Shown here: positions 1-10,149 of the stretch, piece after piece | Numbering within the stretch: position 1 is the first letter of the stretch | Layout of the letters: each line of letters begins with the position of its first letter | Assembly (NCBI GenBank): GCA_905197045.1 | Contig: CAJJXG010000002.1 | Coordinates: 65,312 to 129,311 of the forward strand | Direction: 5' to 3' | From: an uncultured Bacillales bacterium | GTDB taxonomy: Bacteria; Bacillota_I; Bacilli_A; RFN20; CAG-826 | DNA length: 64,000 nt | Position numbers and translations under genes: made by a program | Notes under the pieces: generated by a model | Told to the model about the DNA's origin: nothing | Seen by the model: the letters and a program-made list of their open reading frames with translations, nothing else | Database searches by the model: none

Positions 1-324
1 ATTAGAGATGGAGTAAGTAAAGGTGATTTTACTTATGCTGATTTAATTAAAGTTTGTCCTTTTTCAAATGAATTAGCGATTATTAAGGTTAGCGAAAATC
101 AAGCTAATTATTATGGACGTAATAGTGCTTTAGGGACAATTTATAATGAAGAAGCTAATGTAGATGAGAATGGATATTATTATGGAGTTACAATCTCTTA
201 TGTTGCTATGTGGACTGATTATTCTGGTAAACTATATTGCACAGATTACTCTTTATATGAAAACTATATTATTAGCGATGTTTTGGGTGAGTATTTAATG
301 AATGCTCCAGATTTGAATTTATAA
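1..324 (+). CDS. 3' end of a gene cut by the window edge; 5'-nucleotidase-like C-terminal domain protein
   Basis: Frame 1 is open from nt 1 to TAA at 322-324. The translation ...GDFTYADLIKVCPFSNELAIIKV... resembles the C-terminal substrate-binding domain of 5'-nucleotidases. It is absent from the ORF track because there is no start in the window. Confidence 0.4.
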   Translation: MRDGVSKGDFTYADLIKVCPFSNELAIIKVSENQANYYGRNSALGTIYNEEANVDENGYYYGVTISYVAMWTDYSGKLYCTDYSLYENYIISDVLGEYLMNAPDLNL

Positions 325-327
325 TTT

Positions 328-1632
328 ATGAATAAGTTATTAACTGTAAGCAAATATAAAAACAACTTGATTGCTAAAAAAAGCAGAGTTTTTTTGAGCA
401 GTTTATTAGATTATTTCATACTTGTTGTTTTGACTTTTATCGTTTTTACGGTTGCTGGAACTCCAATTATGACAAGTTTACCTGTTTTCAATAATGCAAT
501 TTCTGAAATTAATGAAAAAACAAGTGATCTATATTCAATTGTTAGCGAGACAAGATTACAAACATTTGATGAAAGCAGCAAGCAACTTGGAAATGTTGAA
601 ACTGACGCCATCAATTATTTAAAAACTTTAATGAAAACGAGCTTATATGTATATGGGAAAACATTACCTGTTTATAATCAAGATACAAATGAATATATAC
701 AAGAAAACGTTAAAATCGAAGATACATTTTTAAACACAAATAATAATGAATATCCAAATGACAACTTATCTTATTATTGTTTTAACTTCAAAACTAAACA
801 CGAAGAATTAAATTGTTTTATATATGAAGATGTTGATTATTCAAATAATAAAGATGTTTATTTATACGAAAAAGTTTTAGGTTTTGAAAACGAAACTATT
901 TCCACATATTTTGTAAATGATGAAACTTTTGCAAGCTTTTCAGATGAAATTAAAGAAAAATTGACGAAATATAATGTGCTAACTGAAAAGAATTTAGACA
1001 ACATAATTGCTATATTAGTCTATGGAGAAAATAACGGCACTATAAATAGCATTTATGATAATCTAATAAATTCTTACAAATTAGGTGTTCAGTTTTTTAT
1101 TGATGATGTTGAGCAAAATTATGTTCCATATATAGAAAAAACTAAGGAATTCAACTTGGCTTTCAATAGTTATGCAATGTGCTACATTATTAATTTAGTT
1201 TTGTGTTATGTCTTTGCATTTTTTATTTTGCAAGTTATTTTGCCTTTACTACTTAAAGAAAATTGTACAATCGCACAAAGGTCGATGAAATTAAGACTAT
1301 GTAATTTAGATGAAGGAGAACCATTAGCTTTTAATATCGTAATAAGAAACATTGTTTTATTTTTTATATATTTTAGTGGGATTTTCTTTTCACTATTTTT
1401 TTCTAACTTAATGCAAATATCTGTATTTCCTATTAATAATTCTAGCTTGAATTTATTAGAGTTTATTGTTTTTTCCTTACTTTTATCAATTCTTTCAGGC
1501 GTTTTCTTATTAATTAACAAAAATAATCAATTACTTGATCTTTTTTCTGGTTTCTTAGTCGTTAAAGATATTGAAAAATTCGAGAATATTGGAGGCGAAT
1601 TAACTGAAAATGTTAGCGAAATCAAAAATTGA
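328..1632 (+). CDS. RDD-family-like polytopic membrane protein with a large extracytoplasmic insert
   Basis: N-terminal KKSRVFLSSLLDYFILVVLTF helix and C-terminal ...TIAQRSMKLRLCNLD... segment match the RDD-domain pattern. Several hydrophobic helices are present. It is a paralog of the next gene. Confidence 0.5.
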   Translation: MNKLLTVSKYKNNLIAKKSRVFLSSLLDYFILVVLTFIVFTVAGTPIMTSLPVFNNAISEINEKTSDLYSIVSETRLQTFDESSKQLGNVETDAINYLKTLMKTSLYVYGKTLPVYNQDTNEYIQENVKIEDTFLNTNNNEYPNDNLSYYCFNFKTKHEELNCFIYEDVDYSNNKDVYLYEKVLGFENETISTYFVNDETFASFSDEIKEKLTKYNVLTEKNLDNIIAILVYGENNGTINSIYDNLINSYKLGVQFFIDDVEQNYVPYIEKTKEFNLAFNSYAMCYIINLVLCYVFAFFILQVILPLLLKENCTIAQRSMKLRLCNLDEGEPLAFNIVIRNIVLFFIYFSGIFFSLFFSNLMQISVFPINNSSLNLLEFIVFSLLLSILSGVFLLINKNNQLLDLFSGFLVVKDIEKFENIGGELTENVSEIKN

Positions 1633-2581
1633 GTTAGAATATACAAATGCTAAAATCTACAAGCGATTATTCGCTTCTTTCATTGACTTATTTACAATCT
1701 TTTTGTCAACCTTTATCTTTTTTAGTTTAACTAATATGGTTTTACCTCAAATTGAAGCTTATAAAAACTTAGTTGAAGAAAAAAGCCATTTGTTGGTTGA
1801 ATCAGGACTATATAATGATGAGCTAACATTAGTTTTAGATGTCGTACAAAATGATGAAGAGTTTTCAACTGCTAAAGAAAAGGGCGACTATTTAAAAAAA
1901 TCGATTGATGGCTTTTATGAATCAACATATTTTTTTACTTCTGAAGAAAGCCAAAAAATTAAGGAAGATTATAATGAAAGAAAAGTGAGCTATGTTGTTG
2001 ATGATACACACATTTTTTCATTAGATGGTGAAAATATAGTTGAAAATCCTGTAAATCCTCAATATTTTTATGATTTTTATGTAGAAGAAATTAATAACTA
2101 TTCTTTGCCGTTTTTAAATCAAAACGAACAAATTATTAACGCAAATAAAATTTTATCTATGACTAGTTATGTTTCTTTTACTATCTGGCTTTTACTATTT
2201 GTTTTATTCTTTGAATTATTTTTTCCACTAGTCGTTTTTAAACGTGGAAGATTAACTTTAGGACGAAAAGTTTTTTCAATTGGGTTGATCGATGTTAATG
2301 CGTTAAATATTAAAGCTAGTAAATATTTAGGAAGAGTTGCTTTTATAGTTATAGTTATGTATGTGATAGGGTTTTTTAGCTTTTTATTGCCACTTTTTGT
2401 ATCTTTAGGAATGATGTTTATATCAAAAAGACATCAAGATTTAGTTGATTATGTTTTTAATACTTATGTTGTCGATATTAAAAAAGACGAAATTTATTTA
2501 GACCAGTTAGATTTTTTAGATAAAACTAATAAAGATAAGAAGGTTAAATTGGAAGATAAAGATTTAACAATAACTAACTGA
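1610..2581 (+). CDS. RDD-family-like polytopic membrane protein (paralog of 328-1632)
   Basis: YKRLFASFIDLFTIFLSTFIFF and RLTLGRKVFSIGLIDVN motifs. It overlaps the upstream gene by 23 nt. The start is uncertain. Confidence 0.5.
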   Translation: MLAKSKIELEYTNAKIYKRLFASFIDLFTIFLSTFIFFSLTNMVLPQIEAYKNLVEEKSHLLVESGLYNDELTLVLDVVQNDEEFSTAKEKGDYLKKSIDGFYESTYFFTSEESQKIKEDYNERKVSYVVDDTHIFSLDGENIVENPVNPQYFYDFYVEEINNYSLPFLNQNEQIINANKILSMTSYVSFTIWLLLFVLFFELFFPLVVFKRGRLTLGRKVFSIGLIDVNALNIKASKYLGRVAFIVIVMYVIGFFSFLLPLFVSLGMMFISKRHQDLVDYVFNTYVVDIKKDEIYLDQLDFLDKTNKDKKVKLEDKDLTITN

Positions 2582-2705
2582 TTCTAATTTGTTTAAAATG
2601 CTGTTTTTTTGCGATGTTAATCAATTTATTTAGGTAATTACTCAAATAAAAATTAATATAGAAAACCATGACATTAAATGATAAAGTATAGTACAGGTAT
2701 TTATT

Positions 2706-4166
2706 ATGGAAATTAAATTAAAACATCTAACAAAGGAATTCCCTGGAAATCCTAAAAAGAACATTCCAAACACAATCGCTGTTAACAATTTAGACATTGA
2801 TATTAAAGATGGCGAACTTTTGGGCTTATTAGGACCTAGTGGATGTGGTAAATCAACAACACTTTATATGATTGCTGGATTAAAGAGTCCTACTGATGGT
2901 GAAATTTGGTTTGGCAATGAAGACGTTACACATTTAACTCCTGAAAAAAGGGGTATTGGTTTAGTCTTCCAAAACTATGCTCTTTATCCACATATGAGCG
3001 TTTATGACAATGTTAAATTCCCTTTAACAAATTTAAGAGTAGAAACTACTAAAAAAGCATCACGAATTATTGATAATTTAGAAATTATCGATTTGTTAGA
3101 GAAACATGCAGATGAAATTTTACAGATTATTAAATCATCTCTTTATAAAGACAAAGTTTCTAAAGATGCAAGTGCTAGAAAATTAGTTTATAGATTTCAT
3201 ATAGTTACTTCTCAAGCTGTTCGACTTTTTAAAGTCGGCCTTCAATATAGCGACAATCAAGAAGCTTTAATTAAAGAAACTATTGAGAAACTTCAAAAAG
3301 AAAACGAAAGAATCAAAGAACTTATTGCTAAAAGAGGCTTTTCTTTAAATGAGAAAAACGAATACCTCGATAAAGATGGCTTGACTATTAAAGTAAAAAG
3401 AAAACTTACAAAAGATGAAATTGATGCTTTAGTTCAAGAAACAAGTCGCTTAGTTCAGATTAATGATTATCTTACTCGTAAACCAAGTGAATTAAGTGGT
3501 GGTCAACAACAACGTGTTGCTATTGCTAGAGCTTTAGTTAAAAAACCTAGAGTTTTACTTCTTGATGAGCCACTTTCTAATTTGGATGCTAGATTAAGAA
3601 TTCAAACTCGTGAAGAAATAAGAAGAATTCAAAAGGAAACTGGAATTACTACAATCTTTGTTACTCACGATCAAGAAGAGGCAATGAGCATTTCAGATAG
3701 TATTGTTGTTATGAAGGATGGATTAGAAATGCAAAAGGATAATCCTCAAGAAGTTTATAACAATCCAACAAATTTATTCGTTGCTAAATTTTTAGGAACT
3801 CCACCAATTAACGTATTTAATGGATACATTAAAGATAAATCCTTATATATAGGAAATGAAAAAATTTTAACAAGTGATAAATTAACAGAAGATAAAAAGG
3901 TCTACGTCGGTATTAGACCTGAAGGATTCAATACTGGTGATTTAGTCAATGATAAAGATAAGGTTTTTACTCTTGATGTTAAGCAAATTGTTACTATGGG
4001 TAGGGATATGACTGTTATTTGTGGTCATGATAACTTCATAGGTGAAGCAATTAAAATTATTATTGATAGTGATACCAATGTAAAAATAGGATTAAACAAA
4101 TTTTCAATCAAGCCTAATAAAATTTTCATTTTTGATGGCGAAACTGAACAAAGGATTAGATTTTAA
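2706..4166 (+). CDS. ABC transporter ATP-binding protein, MalK/UgpC/MsmK type, with a large internal insertion
   Basis: Walker [11 protein letters not shown]-loop [17 protein letters not shown], signature [14 protein letters not shown], Walker [12 protein letters not shown] and H-loop VTHDQ. A C-terminal regulatory (TOBE-like) domain is present. About 120 extra aa lie between the Q-loop and the signature. Confidence 0.9.
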   Translation: MEIKLKHLTKEFPGNPKKNIPNTIAVNNLDIDIKDGELLGLLGPSGCGKSTTLYMIAGLKSPTDGEIWFGNEDVTHLTPEKRGIGLVFQNYALYPHMSVYDNVKFPLTNLRVETTKKASRIIDNLEIIDLLEKHADEILQIIKSSLYKDKVSKDASARKLVYRFHIVTSQAVRLFKVGLQYSDNQEALIKETIEKLQKENERIKELIAKRGFSLNEKNEYLDKDGLTIKVKRKLTKDEIDALVQETSRLVQINDYLTRKPSELSGGQQQRVAIARALVKKPRVLLLDEPLSNLDARLRIQTREEIRRIQKETGITTIFVTHDQEEAMSISDSIVVMKDGLEMQKDNPQEVYNNPTNLFVAKFLGTPPINVFNGYIKDKSLYIGNEKILTSDKLTEDKKVYVGIRPEGFNTGDLVNDKDKVFTLDVKQIVTMGRDMTVICGHDNFIGEAIKIIIDSDTNVKIGLNKFSIKPNKIFIFDGETEQRIRF

Positions 4167-4171
4167 TTTTT

Positions 4172-5125
4172 ATGGAAAGCAAAAATAACTGGAAAGCTTG
4201 GCTATATTTAGCGCCTGTCTTAATTTTAATGGCAGTCTTTACTTTCTATCCTATTTTAAATACTTTTTATATTTCGTTTTTGAAAAATTATAATTATTTA
4301 AGACCTGATCAATTTTCTGGGTTTACTTTTGATAATTATATCGACATTTTTACTCCTTATATTAGTGGTTCAGGGAGTGGAAGTTACTTCCAAGATGTTG
4401 TCCAAATCGCTTTGCCTAATACGCTTTTATTGACGGTCATTACTGTACCTTTATCAATATTCCTCGCACTAATTATTGCAATTGGATTAAATTCTATTAA
4501 ATTTTTACAAAAAATATTCCAAACTGTATTTTTCTTACCATATGTCACTAACGCAATTGCTATTGGTATGGTTTTTGCTGTTATTTTCGATACTGACTAT
4601 GGTATTTTTAATGCAATTTTTGGGACTGCACATCATCCTTGGATTACACCATCTCCTCAATTTCCTGATAATCCAGTAAATTATTGGAGTGGCGTTTTTG
4701 CTATTTGCTTCTATATTATTTGGAGTTCCTTACCTTACAAGATTTTAATTTTCTTAGGCGGTCTGCAAAACGTAGACAAACAATATTACGAAGCTGCTCA
4801 AATTGATGCTACACCTAAATGGAAAACTATTTGGAAAATTACTATTCCTTTATTGTCTCCTCAAATAATGTATGTTATGGTCACTTCATTTATTGGGGCA
4901 TTTAAAGAGTATGATAGTGTAATTGGTCTTTTTGGTGTATCTGGTGGAAATTTTGATCAAAATACTGGTCCTCGAAACATGACGACAATGGTTTATTTTA
5001 TCTATGATCAGATAGACAAAAATATGGTCCATTACGCTAGTGCAGCAGCGGTTGTCTTATTTATCATCATTATGATATTTACCGCGTTACAGTTCTGGGT
5101 AAGTAAGAAGAGGGTACATTATTAA
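4172..5125 (+). CDS. ABC transporter permease (CUT1 family, UgpA/MalF-like)
   Basis: Six predicted TM helices and an EAA-like loop (YYEAAQIDATPKWKTIWKITIPLL). It follows the ATPase gene after a 5-nt gap. Confidence 0.85.
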   Translation: MESKNNWKAWLYLAPVLILMAVFTFYPILNTFYISFLKNYNYLRPDQFSGFTFDNYIDIFTPYISGSGSGSYFQDVVQIALPNTLLLTVITVPLSIFLALIIAIGLNSIKFLQKIFQTVFFLPYVTNAIAIGMVFAVIFDTDYGIFNAIFGTAHHPWITPSPQFPDNPVNYWSGVFAICFYIIWSSLPYKILIFLGGLQNVDKQYYEAAQIDATPKWKTIWKITIPLLSPQIMYVMVTSFIGAFKEYDSVIGLFGVSGGNFDQNTGPRNMTTMVYFIYDQIDKNMVHYASAAAVVLFIIIMIFTALQFWVSKKRVHY

Positions 5126-5126
5126 T

Positions 5127-6056
5127 ATGAGACAAGATTATAACGAAATGGTACTCGTTTTAAAAAACGATAATGTATCAACTGAAACAAAAGAAAAATT
5201 AAGCAAGGTAAGCAAGATTATAGGTTTAACCTTTACTTACTTATTCTTGGTTTTAATGGGAATATTAGTTATCTTTCCTTTCTATTGGATGATAATTACT
5301 TCTTTAAAGACAGGCGCCGAAATTAAAGCTTTACAGCAAACTTTCTGGCCTCAAGTAGTAATGTGGTCAAACTATGTTGATGCCTTTACTAGACTTGATT
5401 TTGGAACACTTTTAACAAATACCTTAATAGTTGGTATTTTCTCAACATTAGGAACCTTATTTACAACTATATTTGCAGCTTTTGCCTTTGCTAGACTTGA
5501 ATTTAAAGGCAGAGACTTCATGTTTGCTCTTTTATTAGCAACAATGATGATTCCTGGTGAAATGATGGTTATTTCTAACTATGTTAGCGTATCGTTATTA
5601 GGTATGACAGGAGGAACAAATAGAATTGGTGCTTATCTTGCAATGATTCTTCCTTTCTTAATTAGTGTCTTCTATATTTATTTGTTAAGACAGAATTTCA
5701 AGCAAATACCTAATGAGTTATATCTCGCAGCTAAGGTGGATGGAAAAAGTGATTGGGCCTTCTTGTGGAAGGTTATGGTACCTCTAGCCATGCCAACATT
5801 AACTACAATATTCATCTTGAAATTGATGGGAACTTGGAACGCTTACGTTTGGCCAAATTTGATTACAAGTGGCAATAAAGATTTATATCTCATTTCTAAT
5901 GGTTTAAGAGAAACATTTAACGTTGCTGGTAATGCTGATGATTACGGCGTTCAAATGGCGGCTAGTGTTATTGTTACAGTTCCATTATTACTTTTGTTTA
6001 TTATTTTCAGAAAATATATTATGCGTGGCGTTGGTCGTGCTGGTATAAAAGGTTAA
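5127..6056 (+). CDS. ABC transporter permease (CUT1 family, UgpE/MalG-like)
   Basis: EAA loop LYLAAKVDGKSDWAFLWKVMVPLAMP and polytopic hydrophobicity. There is a 1-nt gap to the upstream permease. Confidence 0.85.
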   Translation: MRQDYNEMVLVLKNDNVSTETKEKLSKVSKIIGLTFTYLFLVLMGILVIFPFYWMIITSLKTGAEIKALQQTFWPQVVMWSNYVDAFTRLDFGTLLTNTLIVGIFSTLGTLFTTIFAAFAFARLEFKGRDFMFALLLATMMIPGEMMVISNYVSVSLLGMTGGTNRIGAYLAMILPFLISVFYIYLLRQNFKQIPNELYLAAKVDGKSDWAFLWKVMVPLAMPTLTTIFILKLMGTWNAYVWPNLITSGNKDLYLISNGLRETFNVAGNADDYGVQMAASVIVTVPLLLLFIIFRKYIMRGVGRAGIKG

Positions 6057-6066
6057 GGAGTTTTTT

Positions 6067-7605
6067 ATGAAAAAGAAATTTAGAAAAGCTTTACTCGCTT
6101 TATTAACATGTGGTGTTGTTGGATTGACTTCTTGTCAATTTGGTTCACCTGTTGACGTTGATCGTGAGTTACCAACTGATGATCCAACTAGCGCCACAGA
6201 AATTGTTTTTTGGCATTGTTTAGGACATGATAAAACAAGTGTTCTTCAAAACATTGTCGATAAATTCAATGCTGAATATGCAGGAAAATATCAAGTTAGA
6301 CTTCAAAAAGTTGCTGGTGATTATGATTCATTACATGAAAATATCAAAACAAGATTAGCAGCTAATGAAGTTCCTGCTTTAGCAATGGGCTATCCAGATA
6401 GTTTTTCAGAATATATTAGTAGTGATATGAACTACAGTTCTATTTTACGTCTTGATAGTTACATTGATGATCCAAATTATGGATATACAGATGAAGAACT
6501 TGATGATTTTGTAAGTGAATATATAGAAGAAGGTAGAAATTATCAATTTGAAGGTACTTGGTCTATGCCAATGTATAAGTCTACTGAGATCATGTATTAT
6601 GATGTTTTCTATTTTGCTGGTGACAACCAACAAACCCAAAAGAAATTTGAAAGTATCGGTGGAACAGTTTATTCAGACTACAATAATTTACTTGCACCTT
6701 TAACTGGACCTAAAGCAAGTGATAAAGATGTCGAAGCTTTAAGAAAATTCGTCTCCGAAAACGATGGTTATACTTATGATTTACCAGCTACTTGGGATGA
6801 AATGATAACTGTTGCTAGAGCAATGAATAAAGATAGACAAACTGAAGGAGTTAATGATGAATTTTATCCAGTTGGATATGATAGTGACTCCAATTTATTC
6901 ATCTCTCAATTTGCTCAAAGAGGCATATCTTATACAGTTAATGATGAAGCTAGCCAAGCTACACCATCTGCACATTATCAATTTAATAATAATGATGCTA
7001 AAGAGTTTGCAACAGAAATTTATAACTTAATTCAAGAAAAAGTTCTCATTACAAAAGGTAGTTTAGGTGGCGATACTTATACTAATGAGTATTTCAATAA
7101 TAGAAAATGTGTTATGTCAATCGGCTCAACTGGTGGTAGTACTTATCAATGGAGTGATAACTTTAAAGTTGGCTTAGCACCTGTTCCATATTCTGGAGAT
7201 ACTCCAAAATATATTATGCAAGGACCTTCAATTTGTTTCTTTAATAACGAAAATGATTATATTCATAAAGGTGCATGGTTATTCTATAAGATGATGGCTG
7301 ATCCAGTTAATAATGCTCAACTTGCTTTACAAAATAGCTATGATCCAATTAGAAACAGTAGTTATGAAACAACAGATTATTTAAGTTATATTGGTAATGC
7401 AAATAAAGGTTTAGGATTAAATTATGATATTCCTAATGCTACCAAGGAATTAAAAGAATATTACATGACTACTCCAGTATTTATCGGTAGTAGCACAGCT
7501 CGTGATCAAATCGGAATGATTATTCAATATATGGTTGGCCAAAAGATGAGCGTTGAGCAAGCTTTTGAAACAGCATATAACACTTGTGTAAGAGGTGGAA
7601 ATTAA
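6067..7605 (+). CDS. extracellular solute-binding lipoprotein of the ABC importer
   Basis: Signal peptide plus lipobox LTSCQ. A family-1 SBP-like N-terminus (EIVFWHCLGHDK...) is present. RBS AAGGAG lies upstream. Confidence 0.8.
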   Translation: MKKKFRKALLALLTCGVVGLTSCQFGSPVDVDRELPTDDPTSATEIVFWHCLGHDKTSVLQNIVDKFNAEYAGKYQVRLQKVAGDYDSLHENIKTRLAANEVPALAMGYPDSFSEYISSDMNYSSILRLDSYIDDPNYGYTDEELDDFVSEYIEEGRNYQFEGTWSMPMYKSTEIMYYDVFYFAGDNQQTQKKFESIGGTVYSDYNNLLAPLTGPKASDKDVEALRKFVSENDGYTYDLPATWDEMITVARAMNKDRQTEGVNDEFYPVGYDSDSNLFISQFAQRGISYTVNDEASQATPSAHYQFNNNDAKEFATEIYNLIQEKVLITKGSLGGDTYTNEYFNNRKCVMSIGSTGGSTYQWSDNFKVGLAPVPYSGDTPKYIMQGPSICFFNNENDYIHKGAWLFYKMMADPVNNAQLALQNSYDPIRNSSYETTDYLSYIGNANKGLGLNYDIPNATKELKEYYMTTPVFIGSSTARDQIGMIIQYMVGQKMSVEQAFETAYNTCVRGGN

Positions 7606-7606
7606 T

Positions 7607-9619
7607 ATGAAAAGAAAGAGTTTTCTTCTTGTTTCGTTAGTTGCAATTCCTTTTTTAAGCGGATGTGGTGAAAGCGCTAAAGCAGCAACCTTTGTTGATG
7701 TTACTAGCGGATCCCCATATGGAAAAATTACGGACTTTAGTTTAAATGCTAGTGAAACTCATAATGCTGGTGATGTTTTAACATTCAAGGTTAATCCTAA
7801 TGAAGATTTTAATATTGCTAGCGTTACTAATAATGGTCAAGCTGCTACACAAGTTCTTGGACAAGAAAATGTTTACCAAACAACTCTCCAAGAAGGACAA
7901 AATAAAATTAGTGCAACTTATACAATTGATAAAAATGTCAATGTTTTAGATGAATTTAAACTTAATCTTAGCGAAGAAGATTTTGCTAAATTAATGTATC
8001 GCGAAGGAACTAAGTATGATAGTTCTGCAGTAACAGCTGATAGCTATGGATTTGATTTTAGACAAGATGGTATTGAGCTTGTTAGAACAAATTATTTAGT
8101 TGGAAAAGGTGATGAAAATATTAAAGTTGACGAGTATTTCATGAATTATGTCGACGGCGATACAACTCACGTTGAAACTTTAAAATACGGTTATACAGTT
8201 AAAATCAGATATCTTGGAATTGATACTCCAGAAAGCAGTAGTGACTTGGAAGAATGGGGTAAAACTGCTGCTTTATATAACGAAAGCAAATTAAAAAATG
8301 CTACTTATATTATTCTTCAATCACAAGGTAGAGCTAAAGGCGATCCAGATAATTATGCCTCTACTGTTGACGGCAATGGTCGTAATTTAGCTTATGTTTG
8401 GTATACCGATAAAGAAAATCCAGTATTAGAAGATTTTAAATGTTTAAATCTAGAAATGGTCTATCAAGGTTTAAGCCAAGGAATTGGTGATAAAAATGAG
8501 ATGGGCGAAGAATACTATTATGCTTTTGATAAGGCAAATTTAAGTGCTCAGGTTAATGCTAGACATGAATATAGCAATCAAAGAGACGAGAATTATTGCT
8601 ACGCCAAACCTCAAGATTTAACTATTGAAGAAATTTATGATAGTGAAACTGGCGGACCTCTTTCTTCACCATATGCTGATGAACAAACTTTATATCGTGT
8701 ATCAGGCTGGGTTACAAGAAAGGTTGAAAATGCTTTCTTCTTCCAAAATGATTACGACTATTATGATGATGAAGATACTGGCGCTGGAATTACTCAAGAA
8801 GGTCAACTTCCAGAAAAGGCTTTTGGAATGTATGTTTTCACTTATAGAAGCACCCCAATTAGTGTTGGTGATTATGTTACTGTAATTGGTGTTTTAACTT
8901 CTTATGGTGGAAATTATCAAATGAGTGGTATTTCATATAGTGATTTTGGTGCTAATCCTGAAAGAGACACTATTATTGATTATGATAAAAGTGTAAGTGC
9001 AGATAAGGTTAAACCAGTTCAATTAACCGCAGAACAATTAGTCGAAAAAGAATATGACCATGTTCTTGTTGAAGTAACAGATGATTTATATTGCTATGAT
9101 AAGTCCAATGGTAATTTTGGCATTTGGTCAGATGGTGGAACCACTGAAATCAATCAATATAATTCTACTTATCCTTTCTATAACGATAATAACAAGATAA
9201 TTTGTTATGCCGATACTACAAGTACACCTAACACTTCTGATAGAAATGGCGGTTATAGACTTGTTTTATCACAAGAAGTTTTACTTCAATATCAAGGTGA
9301 AAAATCAACTTCTTATAAATTCTTTAGCGGTGGCGATAACTATTATTTAAATGATACTGAAAGTGTTATGGTTGATGGCAAGGAATTAAAAGGTGCTGCA
9401 TATATTTATACCCTTTATAATTGGGATACTTCTGGTAAAGCACCTGAATTAATTGTTGATCCAGATCAAATTGATGATAGAGTTATTAAAACTTCTTATA
9501 CTAAAAAGAAATTGCATTTAACTTGCATTAGTCAAGATTATATTTCTACTAGTAACGTTGATTACGATCATCAAATGTTAATAGTTTCTCGTGCAGACGT
9601 TAAAATTAGTACTTATTAA
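7607..9619 (+). CDS. surface lipoprotein nuclease with a staphylococcal-nuclease (SNase) domain plus an OB-fold-like domain
   Basis: Lipobox FLSGCG. SNase motifs are YVDGDTTHV...VKIRYLGIDTPE...DGNGRNLAYVWY...LNLEMVYQGLS. An OB-like segment reads YRVSGWVTRKVENAFFFQ...GDYVTVIGVLTSYGGNYQM. I prefer the ATG at 7607 (RBS GGTGGA) over the track start at 7595. Confidence 0.75.
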   Translation: MKRKSFLLVSLVAIPFLSGCGESAKAATFVDVTSGSPYGKITDFSLNASETHNAGDVLTFKVNPNEDFNIASVTNNGQAATQVLGQENVYQTTLQEGQNKISATYTIDKNVNVLDEFKLNLSEEDFAKLMYREGTKYDSSAVTADSYGFDFRQDGIELVRTNYLVGKGDENIKVDEYFMNYVDGDTTHVETLKYGYTVKIRYLGIDTPESSSDLEEWGKTAALYNESKLKNATYIILQSQGRAKGDPDNYASTVDGNGRNLAYVWYTDKENPVLEDFKCLNLEMVYQGLSQGIGDKNEMGEEYYYAFDKANLSAQVNARHEYSNQRDENYCYAKPQDLTIEEIYDSETGGPLSSPYADEQTLYRVSGWVTRKVENAFFFQNDYDYYDDEDTGAGITQEGQLPEKAFGMYVFTYRSTPISVGDYVTVIGVLTSYGGNYQMSGISYSDFGANPERDTIIDYDKSVSADKVKPVQLTAEQLVEKEYDHVLVEVTDDLYCYDKSNGNFGIWSDGGTTEINQYNSTYPFYNDNNKIICYADTTSTPNTSDRNGGYRLVLSQEVLLQYQGEKSTSYKFFSGGDNYYLNDTESVMVDGKELKGAAYIYTLYNWDTSGKAPELIVDPDQIDDRVIKTSYTKKKLHLTCISQDYISTSNVDYDHQMLIVSRADVKISTY

Positions 9620-9621
9620 TT

Positions 9622-10113
9622 ATGATTAGCAAAGAAAAAATTAAAAATACTTTTGAAACTTTTTTAAATAACACTAAGGCCTTTTTTACTGGCAAGTATT
9701 TTGTGTCTATAAAAAACAAACATGCTGAAAGAAAAAAGGAATTAGATGATGTTTTAAATCTTGAAGAAATGGATGGAAAATATACAAAAGATGAAATTTC
9801 ATCCATTTCTCGTAAGCTACATAAAATCGATAATGAAGAATATGATATTACACAAAATGGATTGTGTTTCTTTGTTGTTGGTTTAATTTTCTTAGGTATT
9901 GGTATTTTATTTATTTTCTTATCGTTGCTTAAAAGAGTTAATGTCATTATCGGCATTAACTTTTTGTCGCTTCAATTTTTTATCTGTGTAATTTCTTTAC
10001 TTATTGCAATAGCTTGTCTTACTTATGGTTTAACAAAGTTTATTTTAGCTCACAATGTAAGAAAAAAGATTTTACGCAAAATTAATGTTTTAGGTAATTT
10101 AAAAACAAGGTAA
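9622..10113 (+). CDS. hypothetical small membrane protein (2-3 TM helices)
   Basis: It starts 2 nt after the nuclease stop on the same strand as the operon. C-terminal hydrophobic helices are present. No family was recognised. Confidence 0.45.
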   Translation: MISKEKIKNTFETFLNNTKAFFTGKYFVSIKNKHAERKKELDDVLNLEEMDGKYTKDEISSISRKLHKIDNEEYDITQNGLCFFVVGLIFLGIGILFIFLSLLKRVNVIIGINFLSLQFFICVISLLIAIACLTYGLTKFILAHNVRKKILRKINVLGNLKTR

Positions 10114-10149
10114 TAAACAATTTATTGTTTTATTATAAAAGGAGAGATT

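Noticed and set aside
1630-1632. Possibility that TGA encodes Trp (genetic code 4), which would fuse adjacent ORFs.
   Set aside because: Many well-conserved genes end at their expected length on TGA (nrdB 18157-18159, dnaD, the RDD genes). Conserved proteins show no in-frame TGA where Trp is expected. Code 11 fits.
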